Shown: positions 53,701-60,988 of the stretch, piece after piece
How the letters are laid out: every line of letters starts with the position of its first letter
Position numbering within the stretch: position 1 is the first letter of the stretch
Source of the DNA: Nostoc sp.
GTDB lineage: Bacteria > Cyanobacteriota > Cyanobacteriia > Cyanobacteriales > Nostocaceae
Direction: 5' to 3'
Length of the DNA stretch: 60,988 nucleotides
Assembly (NCBI GenBank): GCA_036918135.1
Contig: JBALDB010000013.1
Coordinates: 1 to 60,988 of the forward strand
Program-made: the position numbers and the translations under genes
The notes under the pieces: generated by a model
Seen by the model: only the letters and a program-made list of their open reading frames with translations
What the model was told of the DNA's origin: nothing
The model's database searches: none

Positions 53701-56700
53701 TTGAGGATGGCAACTTCCCCTAGTGCTTCCACGGCGATGGAACGAGTTAAATCGCCTTTAGTTACAGCTGTAGCAACTTCGGCGATCGCTCGCAACTGGG
53801 TTGTCAGTGTAGCAGCGAGTTCGTTGACGTTATCTGTCAAATCTTTCCAAGTTCCAGCCGCCCCAGGTACTCTGGCTTGTCCGCCTAACTTTCCTTCGAT
53901 TCCCACTTCCCGCGCTACTGTAGTTACCTGATTGGCAAAGGTGGCTAGGGTATCAATCATCTCGTTGATTGTTTCTGCCAAAGTTTCAATTTCACCTTTG
54001 GCATCTAACATCAGTTTGCGTTTCAAGTCGCCGTTGGCAACTGCGGTGACAACTCTGGCAATCCCCCGCACCTGTGCTGTTAAGTTCCCCGCCATCGAGT
54101 TTACGTTGTCGGTCAAATCTTTCCAGGTTCCTGCAACACCTTGGACTTGGGCTTGTCCGCCCAACTTACCTTCGGTTCCCACTTCCCGCGCCACCCGCGT
54201 TACTTCCGATGCAAAGGAACTGAGTTGATCCACCATTGTATTGGTGGTGTTCTTCAAGTCTAAAATTTCCCCTTTGGCATCGACGGTAATTTTCTTCGAG
54301 AGGTCGCCGTTAGCCACCGCCTTGGTGACTTCGGCAATGTTGCGGACTTGTCCGGTGAGGTTCCCCGCCATTGAGTTAACGTTATCCGTTAAATCTTTCC
54401 AAGTGCCGGCAACTCCTCTGACGAAAGCTTGCACGCCCAACTTACCTTCGGTTCCGACTTCCCGCGCAACTCTTGTTACTTCTGAGGCAAAAGAATTCAG
54501 TTGATCCACCATTGTATTGATGGTGTTCTTCAATTCCAGAATTTCCCCTTTGACATCGACGGTGATTTTTTTAGAAAGGTCGCCGTTTGCTACCGCCGTT
54601 GTCACTTCCGCAATATTCCGCACCTGCGCCGTCAAGCTTCCCGCCATGAAGTTTACGCTGTCGGTCAAGTCCTTCCAAGTTCCAGCAACACCTTTAACTT
54701 CTGCTTGCACGCCCAACTTGCCTTCGGTTCCCACTTCCCGCGCTACCCGCGTTACTTCCGATGCAAAGGAATTGAGCTGATCCACCATTGTGTTAACGGT
54801 GTTTTTCAATTCCAAAATTTCACCTTTGACATCAACGGAAATTTTCTTCGAGAGGTCGCCATTTGCTACGGCCGTTGTCACCGCAGCGATGTTCCGCACT
54901 TGTGCCGTTAAGCTTCCCGCCATAAAATTTACGCTGTCAGTTAAATCTTTCCAAGTGCCAGCCACACCGCGCACATCTGCTTGGACGCCCAGTTTCCCTT
55001 CAGAACCTACTTCCCTAGCAACCCTTGTAACTTCACTAGCAAACGAATTGAGTTGATCCACCATAATATTGATGGTGTTTTTCAACTCCAGAATTTCCCC
55101 TTTGACAGCAACAGTAATTTTCTTAGAGAGGTCACCGTTGGCGATCGCAGTCGCAACTTCCGCAATGTTTCGCACTTGGTCGGTCAGGTTCCCCGCCATT
55201 AAGTTTACATTGTCGGTTAAGTCTTTCCAAGTGCCAGCCACTCCCCTGACTTCTGCTTGCACGCCCAATTTACCTTCGGTTCCCACTTCCCTAGCAACTC
55301 TTGTTACTTCCGATGCAAAGGAACTGAGTTGATCCACCATTGTATTAATAGTGTTTTTCAACTCCAAAATTTCACCTTTCACATCCACAGTTATTTTCTT
55401 GGAAAGGTCGCCATTTGCCACAGCCGTAGTCACATCTGCAATGTTTCGCACCTGTGCCGTCAAACTTCCCGCCATGAAGTTCACGCTGTCAGTTAAATCT
55501 TTCCAAGTGCCAGCCACACCTTTAACATCTGCTTGGACGCCGAGTTTACCTTCACTTCCTACTTCCCTGGCAACCCGCGTTACTTCCGATGCAAAGGAAC
55601 TGAGTTGATCCACCATGATATTGATGGTGTTCTTCAGTTCCAGAATTTCACCTCTAACATCAACGGTGATTTTCTTCGAGAGGTCACCGCTAGCGATCGC
55701 TGTGGCAACTTCGGCAATATTTCGCACCTGTCCGGTGAGATTACCCGCCATTAAGTTAACGTTATCCGTCAAGTCTTTCCAAGTCCCCGCCACTCCCCGG
55801 ACTTCTGCTTGCACGCCTAACTTTCCTTCGGTTCCCACTTCCCTGGCAACTCTTGTTACTTCCGATGCAAAGGAATTGAGTTGATCCACCATTGTGTTGA
55901 TGGTATTTTTCAACTCCAGAATTTCGCCCTTCACATCAACAGTGATTTTCTTGGAAAGGTCGCCAGTTGCTACCGCCGTGGTCACTTCTGCAATGTTCCG
56001 TACCTGTGCCGTCAAGCTTCCCGCCATGAAATTCACGCTGTCAGTTAAATCCTTCCAAGTACCTGCTACTCCCCGGACTTCTGCTTGCCCGCCGAGTTTT
56101 CCTTCTGCACCTACCTCACGGGCAACTCTTGTAACTTCCGATGCAAAGGAATTGAGTTGATCCACCATGATGTTAACGGTGTTTTTCAACTCCAAAATTT
56201 CACCTTTGACATCCACAGTGATTTTCTTCGACAAGTCGCCGTTTGCCACTGCCGTTGTGACTTCAGCAATATTACGGACTTGGGCGGTTAAATTACCTGC
56301 CATTAAATTAACGTTGTCTGTGAGATCCTTCCAAGTACCTGCCACTCCTTTAACTTCGGCTTGGACGCCCAATTTACCTTCAGTTCCCACTTCCCTGGCA
56401 ACTCTTGTTACTTCCGATGCAAAGGAATTGAGTTGATCCACCATTGTGTTCACGGTGTTTTTCAATTCGAGAATTTCGCCTTTAACATCGACGGTGATTT
56501 TTTTGGAGAGGTCACCGTTAGCGATCGCAGTGGCAACTTCGGCAATATTGCGGACTTGCCCGGTAAGATTTCCTGCCATCAAGTTCACATTGTCAGTCAA
56601 ATCCTTCCAAGTGCCAGCCACACCGCGCACCTCTGCTTGAGAGCCGAGTTTACCTTCAGTGCCTACCTCACGGGCAACCCGCGTCACTTCCGAGGCAAAG

Positions 56701-57164
56701 GAACCGAGCCGGTCTACCATCGTGTTCACAATATTGGCAGTTTGGAGAAACTCACCTTGCAACGGTCTGCCATCAATTTCTGTAGCGATGGTTTGCGATA
56801 AGTCACCGTTAGCCACAGCCCGAATCACGCGAGTTGTTTCTGCTGTTGGTTGGACTAAATCTGTAATTAGACTATTGACAGAAGTTACACAATCTGACCA
56901 TGAACCGCGAACATCTCCTAAAAAGGCGCGATCGGTAATCTTACCTTCTTTGCCGACAACATTACCAATTCGCTGTAACTCCGTTGTCATCCGCTGATTT
57001 TGGTCGATTATATCGTTGAGTGTATCGGCTATTTTCCCAGCTACACCAGTATGGTCTATGGGCATTCGAGCCGAGAAGTCACCGTGCTTGACAGCCGTCA
57101 GCGTTTTAAGTAGCTGATTTAAATCTAGATTGTCGCTGTCTCTAGTTAGCTGTTCGGTTGTCAT
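50727..57164 (-). CDS. Cytoplasmic poly-HAMP GAF hybrid histidine kinase with three receiver domains
   Basis: 11 copies of a 92-aa repeat (GTWKDLTD) plus one degenerate copy; [12 protein letters not shown]; HATPase G boxes; three receivers; no transmembrane segment. Confidence 0.93.
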   Translation of the reverse strand: MTTEQLTRDSDNLDLNQLLKTLTAVKHGDFSARMPIDHTGVAGKIADTLNDIIDQNQRMTTELQRIGNVVGKEGKITDRAFLGDVRGSWSDCVTSVNSLITDLVQPTAETTRVIRAVANGDLSQTIATEIDGRPLQGEFLQTANIVNTMVDRLGSFASEVTRVAREVGTEGKLGSQAEVRGVAGTWKDLTDNVNLMAGNLTGQVRNIAEVATAIANGDLSKKITVDVKGEILELKNTVNTMVDQLNSFASEVTRVAREVGTEGKLGVQAEVKGVAGTWKDLTDNVNLMAGNLTAQVRNIAEVTTAVANGDLSKKITVDVKGEILELKNTVNIMVDQLNSFASEVTRVAREVGAEGKLGGQAEVRGVAGTWKDLTDSVNFMAGSLTAQVRNIAEVTTAVATGDLSKKITVDVKGEILELKNTINTMVDQLNSFASEVTRVAREVGTEGKLGVQAEVRGVAGTWKDLTDNVNLMAGNLTGQVRNIAEVATAIASGDLSKKITVDVRGEILELKNTINIMVDQLSSFASEVTRVAREVGSEGKLGVQADVKGVAGTWKDLTDSVNFMAGSLTAQVRNIADVTTAVANGDLSKKITVDVKGEILELKNTINTMVDQLSSFASEVTRVAREVGTEGKLGVQAEVRGVAGTWKDLTDNVNLMAGNLTDQVRNIAEVATAIANGDLSKKITVAVKGEILELKNTINIMVDQLNSFASEVTRVAREVGSEGKLGVQADVRGVAGTWKDLTDSVNFMAGSLTAQVRNIAAVTTAVANGDLSKKISVDVKGEILELKNTVNTMVDQLNSFASEVTRVAREVGTEGKLGVQAEVKGVAGTWKDLTDSVNFMAGSLTAQVRNIAEVTTAVANGDLSKKITVDVKGEILELKNTINTMVDQLNSFASEVTRVAREVGTEGKLGVQAFVRGVAGTWKDLTDNVNSMAGNLTGQVRNIAEVTKAVANGDLSKKITVDAKGEILDLKNTTNTMVDQLSSFASEVTRVAREVGTEGKLGGQAQVQGVAGTWKDLTDNVNSMAGNLTAQVRGIARVVTAVANGDLKRKLMLDAKGEIETLAETINEMIDTLATFANQVTTVAREVGIEGKLGGQARVPGAAGTWKDLTDNVNELAATLTTQLRAIAEVATAVTKGDLTRSIAVEALGEVAILKDNINQMIANLRETTQKNTEQDWLKTNLARFTRMLQGQRDLETVSKLILSELAPLVGAQHGLFYLMESGENTLYLKLISSYAYRERKHLANRFYMGEGLVGQCALEKERILLTQVPNDYIKIGSGLGEATPLNAVVLPVLFEGQVTAVIELASFRRFSEIHLTFFDQLTESIAIVLNTIAASMRTEELLKQSQSLAEELQTQQSELRETNKRLEQQAQSLKASEDLLKGQQEELQQTNAELEEKAELLAQQKKEVERKNQEIEQARTSLEEKAAQLALSSKYKSEFLANMSHELRTPLNSLLILAKLLTDNIEGNLSKKQVEYSQTIYSAGTDLLGLINDILDLAKIESGTMSIEMTQMLLAELGEQIERTFRQIANSKGLGFAIEFLPELPLSIYTDVKRLQQVLKNLLSNAFKFTEKGEVRLRIAVAKQGWSLDHETLNRAQMVIAFSVSDTGIGIAADKQRVIFEAFQQADGSTSRKYGGTGLGLSISREIAHLFGGEIKLVSQPGQGSAFTFYLPQGDGHADTGTLLRSNAQRIFARFSASPYPAGTLRANGFGSEVLLPQATETGTATNSPYLPLAGSSSPHSALINDDRTTIAIGDRVLLIIEDDVNFARILLEMAQQHGFKAITAQTGTTGLMLAQQFLPSAILLDIRLPEMDGWTVLDRLKHDPNTRHIPVHIMTVEEGRQRGLQLGAIAYLQKPLTSETISQALNKIKGFVERQVKNLLVVEDDDTQRHSIVELIGNTDVATTAVDTGAAALEAIRNQHFDCLVLDLGLPDMTGFELIEQIKLLPNGKALPIIVYTGREISKAQETELRRIAETIIIKDVRSPERLLDETALFLHRVQANLPEPKRQILEQLHSRDHLLLGKKALIVDDDMRNIFALTSMLERYQIQVLYAENGREGITLLETTPDIDIVLMDIMMPEMDGYETTRQIRQNNRFQSLPIIALTAKAMQGDRDKCIEAGASDYITKPVDTEQLLSLLRVWLYR
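53760..56900 (-). repeat. Intragenic 276-bp tandem repeat encoding the poly-HAMP array
   Basis: Recurring units at 276-bp spacing with mainly synonymous differences; bounds approximate. Confidence 0.9.
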
Positions 57165-57539
57165 AGCCTTATCCTTAATCTTGATTCTTGAGAAATTTTT
57201 TGTATTTTTTGTACCCCGTATTTAGTGAGAGTACTTTTAGGTAATGCGTATCAAAATAGAGAGTAGGGAATAGAAAGTCGAGCAAACTAAATAAATTTTT
57301 ATAAGTACGAGTGTCAGCAGTTGAAAAAGACCGCTAACTAAATGGTATTGCCGTAGATGTATCTGGCATACCACTTAGCTAATGATAGCTAGTTGAACTC
57401 TGTTATGCAGCATCAATTGTCGGTGATGCCTAACCTGGGCGAATAGGGGATCGCACAACAGGGTTAAGATGACAATTAACATTACATTTTTTGATTTTTG
57501 GAATTTGAGGAAAGCAGTAAATTAACAACTCCTAACTGA

Positions 57540-57698
57540 TAAGTAAGTCGGCACAATAAAACCAAACTATGTGAAGAAAAATTAACTAGGCTAAAACCCT
57601 TTTCCCTCCCACCTCCTGCCTTCTGCCTCCTGCCTCCTGCCTTCTGCCCCCTGCCTCCTGCCTCATCTCAACGATAAATTTTCCCACCTACCTACTTA
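57540..57698 (+). mobile_element. Complete MITE (family A) with imperfect TIRs and 5-bp target duplication
   Basis: Ends TAAGTAAGTCGG / CCTACCTACTTA; ACTGA at 57535-57539 and 57699-57703; internal CCTCCTG heptamers. Confidence 0.82.
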
Positions 57699-57748
57699 AC
57701 TGAGGTTTGCTAAAGTCAGAAGTATCCGCTAACTCCAAGGATTGGCAA

Positions 57749-58468
57749 ATGGTTAGAGAGTACTCACCCGAAACACAATCCAATTTGTCCCAGGGACATC
57801 TGCCTCCGCTTGAAAGTGGCGATCGCCTAACTCGCCCTGAATTTGAACGGCGTTATGCGGCTGCAATCCATATCAAGAAAGCAGAACTGATTGAAGGAAT
57901 CGTTTACGTGGCATCTCCCTTAAGGCACGAGCAGCATGGCAAACCCCACAGTCGGGTGATAACTTGGTTAGGTGTGTACTAATCACTGACTCCTGGCGTT
58001 GACTTAAGCGTTGAACCAACAGTCAGACTAGATTTAGACAATGAACCCCAGCCAGATGCAGCGTTGTTTATTGAACCAGACGCAGGCGGACAAACCCGTT
58101 TGAGCAGCGACGGTTACATTGAAGGATCTCCGGAATTGATTGTTGAAATTGCAGCGAGTAGTGCAGCCATTGATACAGGCAGCAAAAAGCAGGTTTATCG
58201 CCGTAACGGCGTGTTGGAGTACGTAATTTGGCAATCTTATGAGAATCAAATTCAATGGTTTTGCCTAATTGATGGCGACTATCGATTGTTATCTCCCGGT
58301 GCAGATGGAATTATTCGCTCTGGGGTGTTTCCGGGTTTGTGGTTAGCGGTGGAGGCACTGTTAAACAATCAGATGGTGCGAGTGTTGGAGGTGGTACAAG
58401 CGGGGTTGAAGTCACCGGAACATGATGCGTTTGTGCAGCAGTTGCAGAAACAGCAATATAGTAAATAA
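57749..58468 (+). pseudogene. Uma2 (DUF820) endonuclease-family gene with an internal stop
   Basis: LESGDRL, AELIEG, EPQPDA, PELIVEI and KKQVYRRNGV all in one frame, broken by TAA at 57980-57982. Confidence 0.9.
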
Positions 58469-58502
58469 TTTCATAAATTATTACAACAATTACTGCAATG
58501 AT

Positions 58503-58762
58503 TTAAGCGTTTCTTATATATGGCGTAGCATTTATGGCAAAGTATTAAACATTTGTGGCAATGGCTTATAGATTTATCATAAAGACTTAAACTTTTCTTA
58601 TACATGGAACAGCATTTGTGGCAAAGTATTAAGGATTTGTGGCAATGGCTTATACATTTCTCATAAAAGCTTAAGCGTTTCTTATATATGGAATAGCATC
58701 CGTGGCAAAGTATTAAACATTTGTGGCAATGGCTTATACATTTGCAAGAAAAACTTAAGCCT
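58503..58762. repeat. 84-bp tandem repeat (3 copies plus partial) built from 21-bp subunits
   Basis: Units start at 58503, 58587, 58671 and 58755. Confidence 0.9.
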
Positions 58763-58832
58763 TTGCGATCAATCAAGTAATATTAGCTGCAAAGGTTTAA
58801 ATATTCACAGTCTTAAGCGTATGTGAGAAACA

Positions 58833-58866
58833 AGATCCCCTGCTTCCGGTAACAAGTCGGGGATCT
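58833..58866. repeat. AGATCCCC...GGGGATCT hairpin
   Basis: Imperfect inverted repeat. Confidence 0.55.
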
Positions 58867-58880
58867 ACGACTTGCAATTT

Positions 58881-58988
58881 TATAGCCGTAGTCACACCCT
58901 TTAGGAGATTTTGAAAGGATGAATTCTAGGAATAGTAATAGTTCTACCTCCTGCCTCCAGCAAGAACTGCCCTCTGCCTCCTGCTATA
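58881..58988 (+). mobile_element. MITE family T copy
   Basis: TATAGCCGTAGTCACACCCTTTAGGA identical to the start of the 9682 copy; ends CCTGCTATA. Confidence 0.78.
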
Positions 58989-59009
58989 CAAATCAAATCT
59001 GAGTTTTAA

Positions 59010-59336
59010 TTACCTAGAACTTTCCTGCTTGTGCTGGCGTAATTGCTCTACTATATATACCTCCAACTCTTGCCTTTCTCTATTACTAGCATTTCGTTGA
59101 TAAGTTCTTGCTGTTTCTTGAATAAACCTACGTTTCTCGCTTTGAGAAGATTTGATACCTCCAGATCCTTTGAGTCCTTGCTGTAATTCTTCCCATGTTT
59201 TTTCGCCAACACTTTCACCTAGTTTTACCAGTGCCTTTGGTAGTAATATTTTTGCCTCTCTTTGAAAATCTTCTTCTGTCTCTAGGGCAGCTAAATCTAT
59301 ATTGCTGAAGTCGATATTGATTTGAAATTTAGTCAT
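59010..59336 (-). CDS. Hypothetical protein
   Basis: 108-aa ATG ORF with protein-like composition; no function recognised. Confidence 0.75.
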   Translation of the reverse strand: MTKFQINIDFSNIDLAALETEEDFQREAKILLPKALVKLGESVGEKTWEELQQGLKGSGGIKSSQSEKRRFIQETARTYQRNASNRERQELEVYIVEQLRQHKQESSR

Positions 59337-59586
59337 GGTATTTATTTATTCTCTGAATGATTATTAACACAATTAATTATTGACTGATGACTGATGATGG
59401 TTAACAGCCATCACTAATATTTTTCCCAATTCAAATAAAATAGCTATAGTACAATCGCTATCTTGATTTATCAAATATTCTTTTGATTGTTTAACTATTC
59501 AGACAGATGCATTCAAAAATTCTGAATTTTAACTAAAATGCTATCTTAAAAACAAGGTCATTTGCTCAAATATTAAGGAAAACGCT

Positions 59587-60669
59587 ATGACTACAACGCT
59601 CATAGAGGCTAATTCTATCGAGTCATTGCTAGGTAAAGAGGCAGAAGACCTGCTTACCTACAAAGCAAAGGTTTCTAAGGATTTATTACATTTGCCAGGG
59701 CCAGATTTTGTAGATCGAATCTGGATTAATAGCGATCGCAATCCTCAAGTATTGCGTAATCTTCAGTTACTCTATTCTACTGGTCGTTTGGCAAACACGG
59801 GCTATCTATCTATTCTGCCGGTAGACCAAGGGATTGAACATTCTGCTGGTGCGTCATTTGCGCCCAATCCAATTTACTTTGACGCTGAAAATATTGTCAA
59901 GTTAGCGATCGCCGCAGAATGCAATGCTGTTGCTACCACTTTGGGAGTATTGGGTATCGTATCACGAAAATATGCCCATAAAATTCCCTTTATTGCCAAA
60001 ATCAATCACAACGAATTGCTGACTTTCCCCAATCAATTTGACCAGGTATTGTTTGCTGATGTCGAACAAGCTTGGAATTTAGGGGCGGCGGCCGTTGGTG
60101 CAACAATTTACTTTGGTTCAGACCAGTCTACCAGGCAAATTCAAGAAATCAGCCACGCTTTTAAACGCGCCCATGAATTAGGGATGGCAACTATTCTCTG
60201 GTGCTATCTGCGGAACAATGCTTTTAAACAAGATAAAAATTACCACCTTGCAGCCGACCTCACCGGACAAGCAAATCATTTAGGCGTAACCATTGAAGCT
60301 GACATCATTAAACAAAAGTTACCTGAAAATAACAATGGTTATGGAGCTGTTGCCAAAGCTACAGGTAAGAGTTACGGCAAAACCGACGAACGGGTTTACA
60401 CAGAATTAACCACCGACCATCCAATTGATTTAACTCGTTACCAAGTACTCAATTGCTACTCTGGACGTGTCGGACTGATTAATTCCGGTGGCGCGACGGG
60501 CAAAAATGACTTCGCCGAAGCAGTTCGCACCGCCGTCGTTAACAAACGCGCTGGTGGTTCGGGTTTAATTTCCGGACGCAAGACATTCCAACGTCCTTTT
60601 GAAGAAGGTGTGAAACTATTTCACGCTATTCAAGATGTTTACTTATCGCCAGATGTGACCATAGCTTAG
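59587..60669 (+). CDS. fbaB: Class I fructose-bisphosphate aldolase
   Basis: [23 protein letters not shown] (Schiff-base Lys) and GLISGRK motifs. Confidence 0.95.
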   Translation: MTTTLIEANSIESLLGKEAEDLLTYKAKVSKDLLHLPGPDFVDRIWINSDRNPQVLRNLQLLYSTGRLANTGYLSILPVDQGIEHSAGASFAPNPIYFDAENIVKLAIAAECNAVATTLGVLGIVSRKYAHKIPFIAKINHNELLTFPNQFDQVLFADVEQAWNLGAAAVGATIYFGSDQSTRQIQEISHAFKRAHELGMATILWCYLRNNAFKQDKNYHLAADLTGQANHLGVTIEADIIKQKLPENNNGYGAVAKATGKSYGKTDERVYTELTTDHPIDLTRYQVLNCYSGRVGLINSGGATGKNDFAEAVRTAVVNKRAGGSGLISGRKTFQRPFEEGVKLFHAIQDVYLSPDVTIA

Positions 60670-60896
60670 GGGAGTTAGGAGTTAGGAGTTAGAAGTGAGG
60701 ATTTAGAAGTCGCAAGTCGCAAGTCGTAAGTCGCAAGTAATACCCCATAACTAAAGTTAGGGGATTGAAGTAAGGACGCTTTAAGTCTTGAAGAGTGCGT
60801 TCAAAGGCAAAATTCTTTATTGGCTTTCCACGAATAAATTTGTTTGTCTGGTGACCATTTTTTACTTCCGACTTCTGACGAACGACTTCCGACTTA
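60670..60896. repeat. Heptamer arrays (GGAGTTA, AAGTCGC) with a complementary ACTTCCG array
   Basis: AAGTCG-type units at ~60707-60738 face CGACTT-type units at ~60864-60896. Confidence 0.6.
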
Positions 60897-60988
60897 CCCC
60901 TCTTGTGTCAGTTTCCGGAGAAAGTAAGTAGTTCAGGAGCTAAATCATCCAGAAACATAATAGGGTTTAAATTGATTCATAGCAGTAA

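Noticed and set aside
53647..56997. Series of ~88-aa plus-strand ORFs
   Set aside because: Antisense shadows of the 276-bp HAMP repeat
57340..57430. Riboswitch upstream of the poly-HAMP kinase
   Set aside because: Two imperfect hairpins but no match to an aptamer consensus I recognise
58503..58762. CRISPR array
   Set aside because: Units are similar along their whole length with no unique spacers, and no cas genes are present
1..60988. tRNA, rRNA, integrase, prophage or full-length transposase genes
   Set aside because: None recognised by eye; an Infernal/tRNAscan run would be needed to exclude small RNAs

Overview
A ~61-kb chromosomal segment of a heterocystous cyanobacterium (Nostoc-like). 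Evidence: dense HIP1 GCGATCGC octamers, heptamer STRR arrays, an rbcL-rbcX-rbcS operon and a split-intein dnaE-n. Most genes are housekeeping or ordinary accessory: anmK, folate transporter, aminotransferase, nblR, NAD kinase, ycf39, petM, pdxA, hppD, pstSCAB-B with a Pho box, hemE, ldcA, dnaE-n, panB, rbcLXS, ccs1/ccdA and class I aldolase. A signalling cluster holds a CheB-CheR-PAS-kinase fusion, a single receiver and a 2145-aa poly-HAMP hybrid kinase. The most striking unexplained structure is a set of very small, apparently mobile hairpin elements. A 44-45-nt family has six copies with covarying stems and no target duplication. It inserts into other small repeats and into itself, and one filled/empty host pair lies within the window. 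There are also two MITE families and GTAG/REP-like palindromes, one of them translated inside anmK. Other notable items: a coupled small-protein/retropepsin gene pair beside a decayed antitoxin, a Zn-ribbon-NYN fusion, an unannotated 59-aa ORF, an 84-bp higher-order repeat and four pseudogenes. All family assignments come from motif recognition without database searches.
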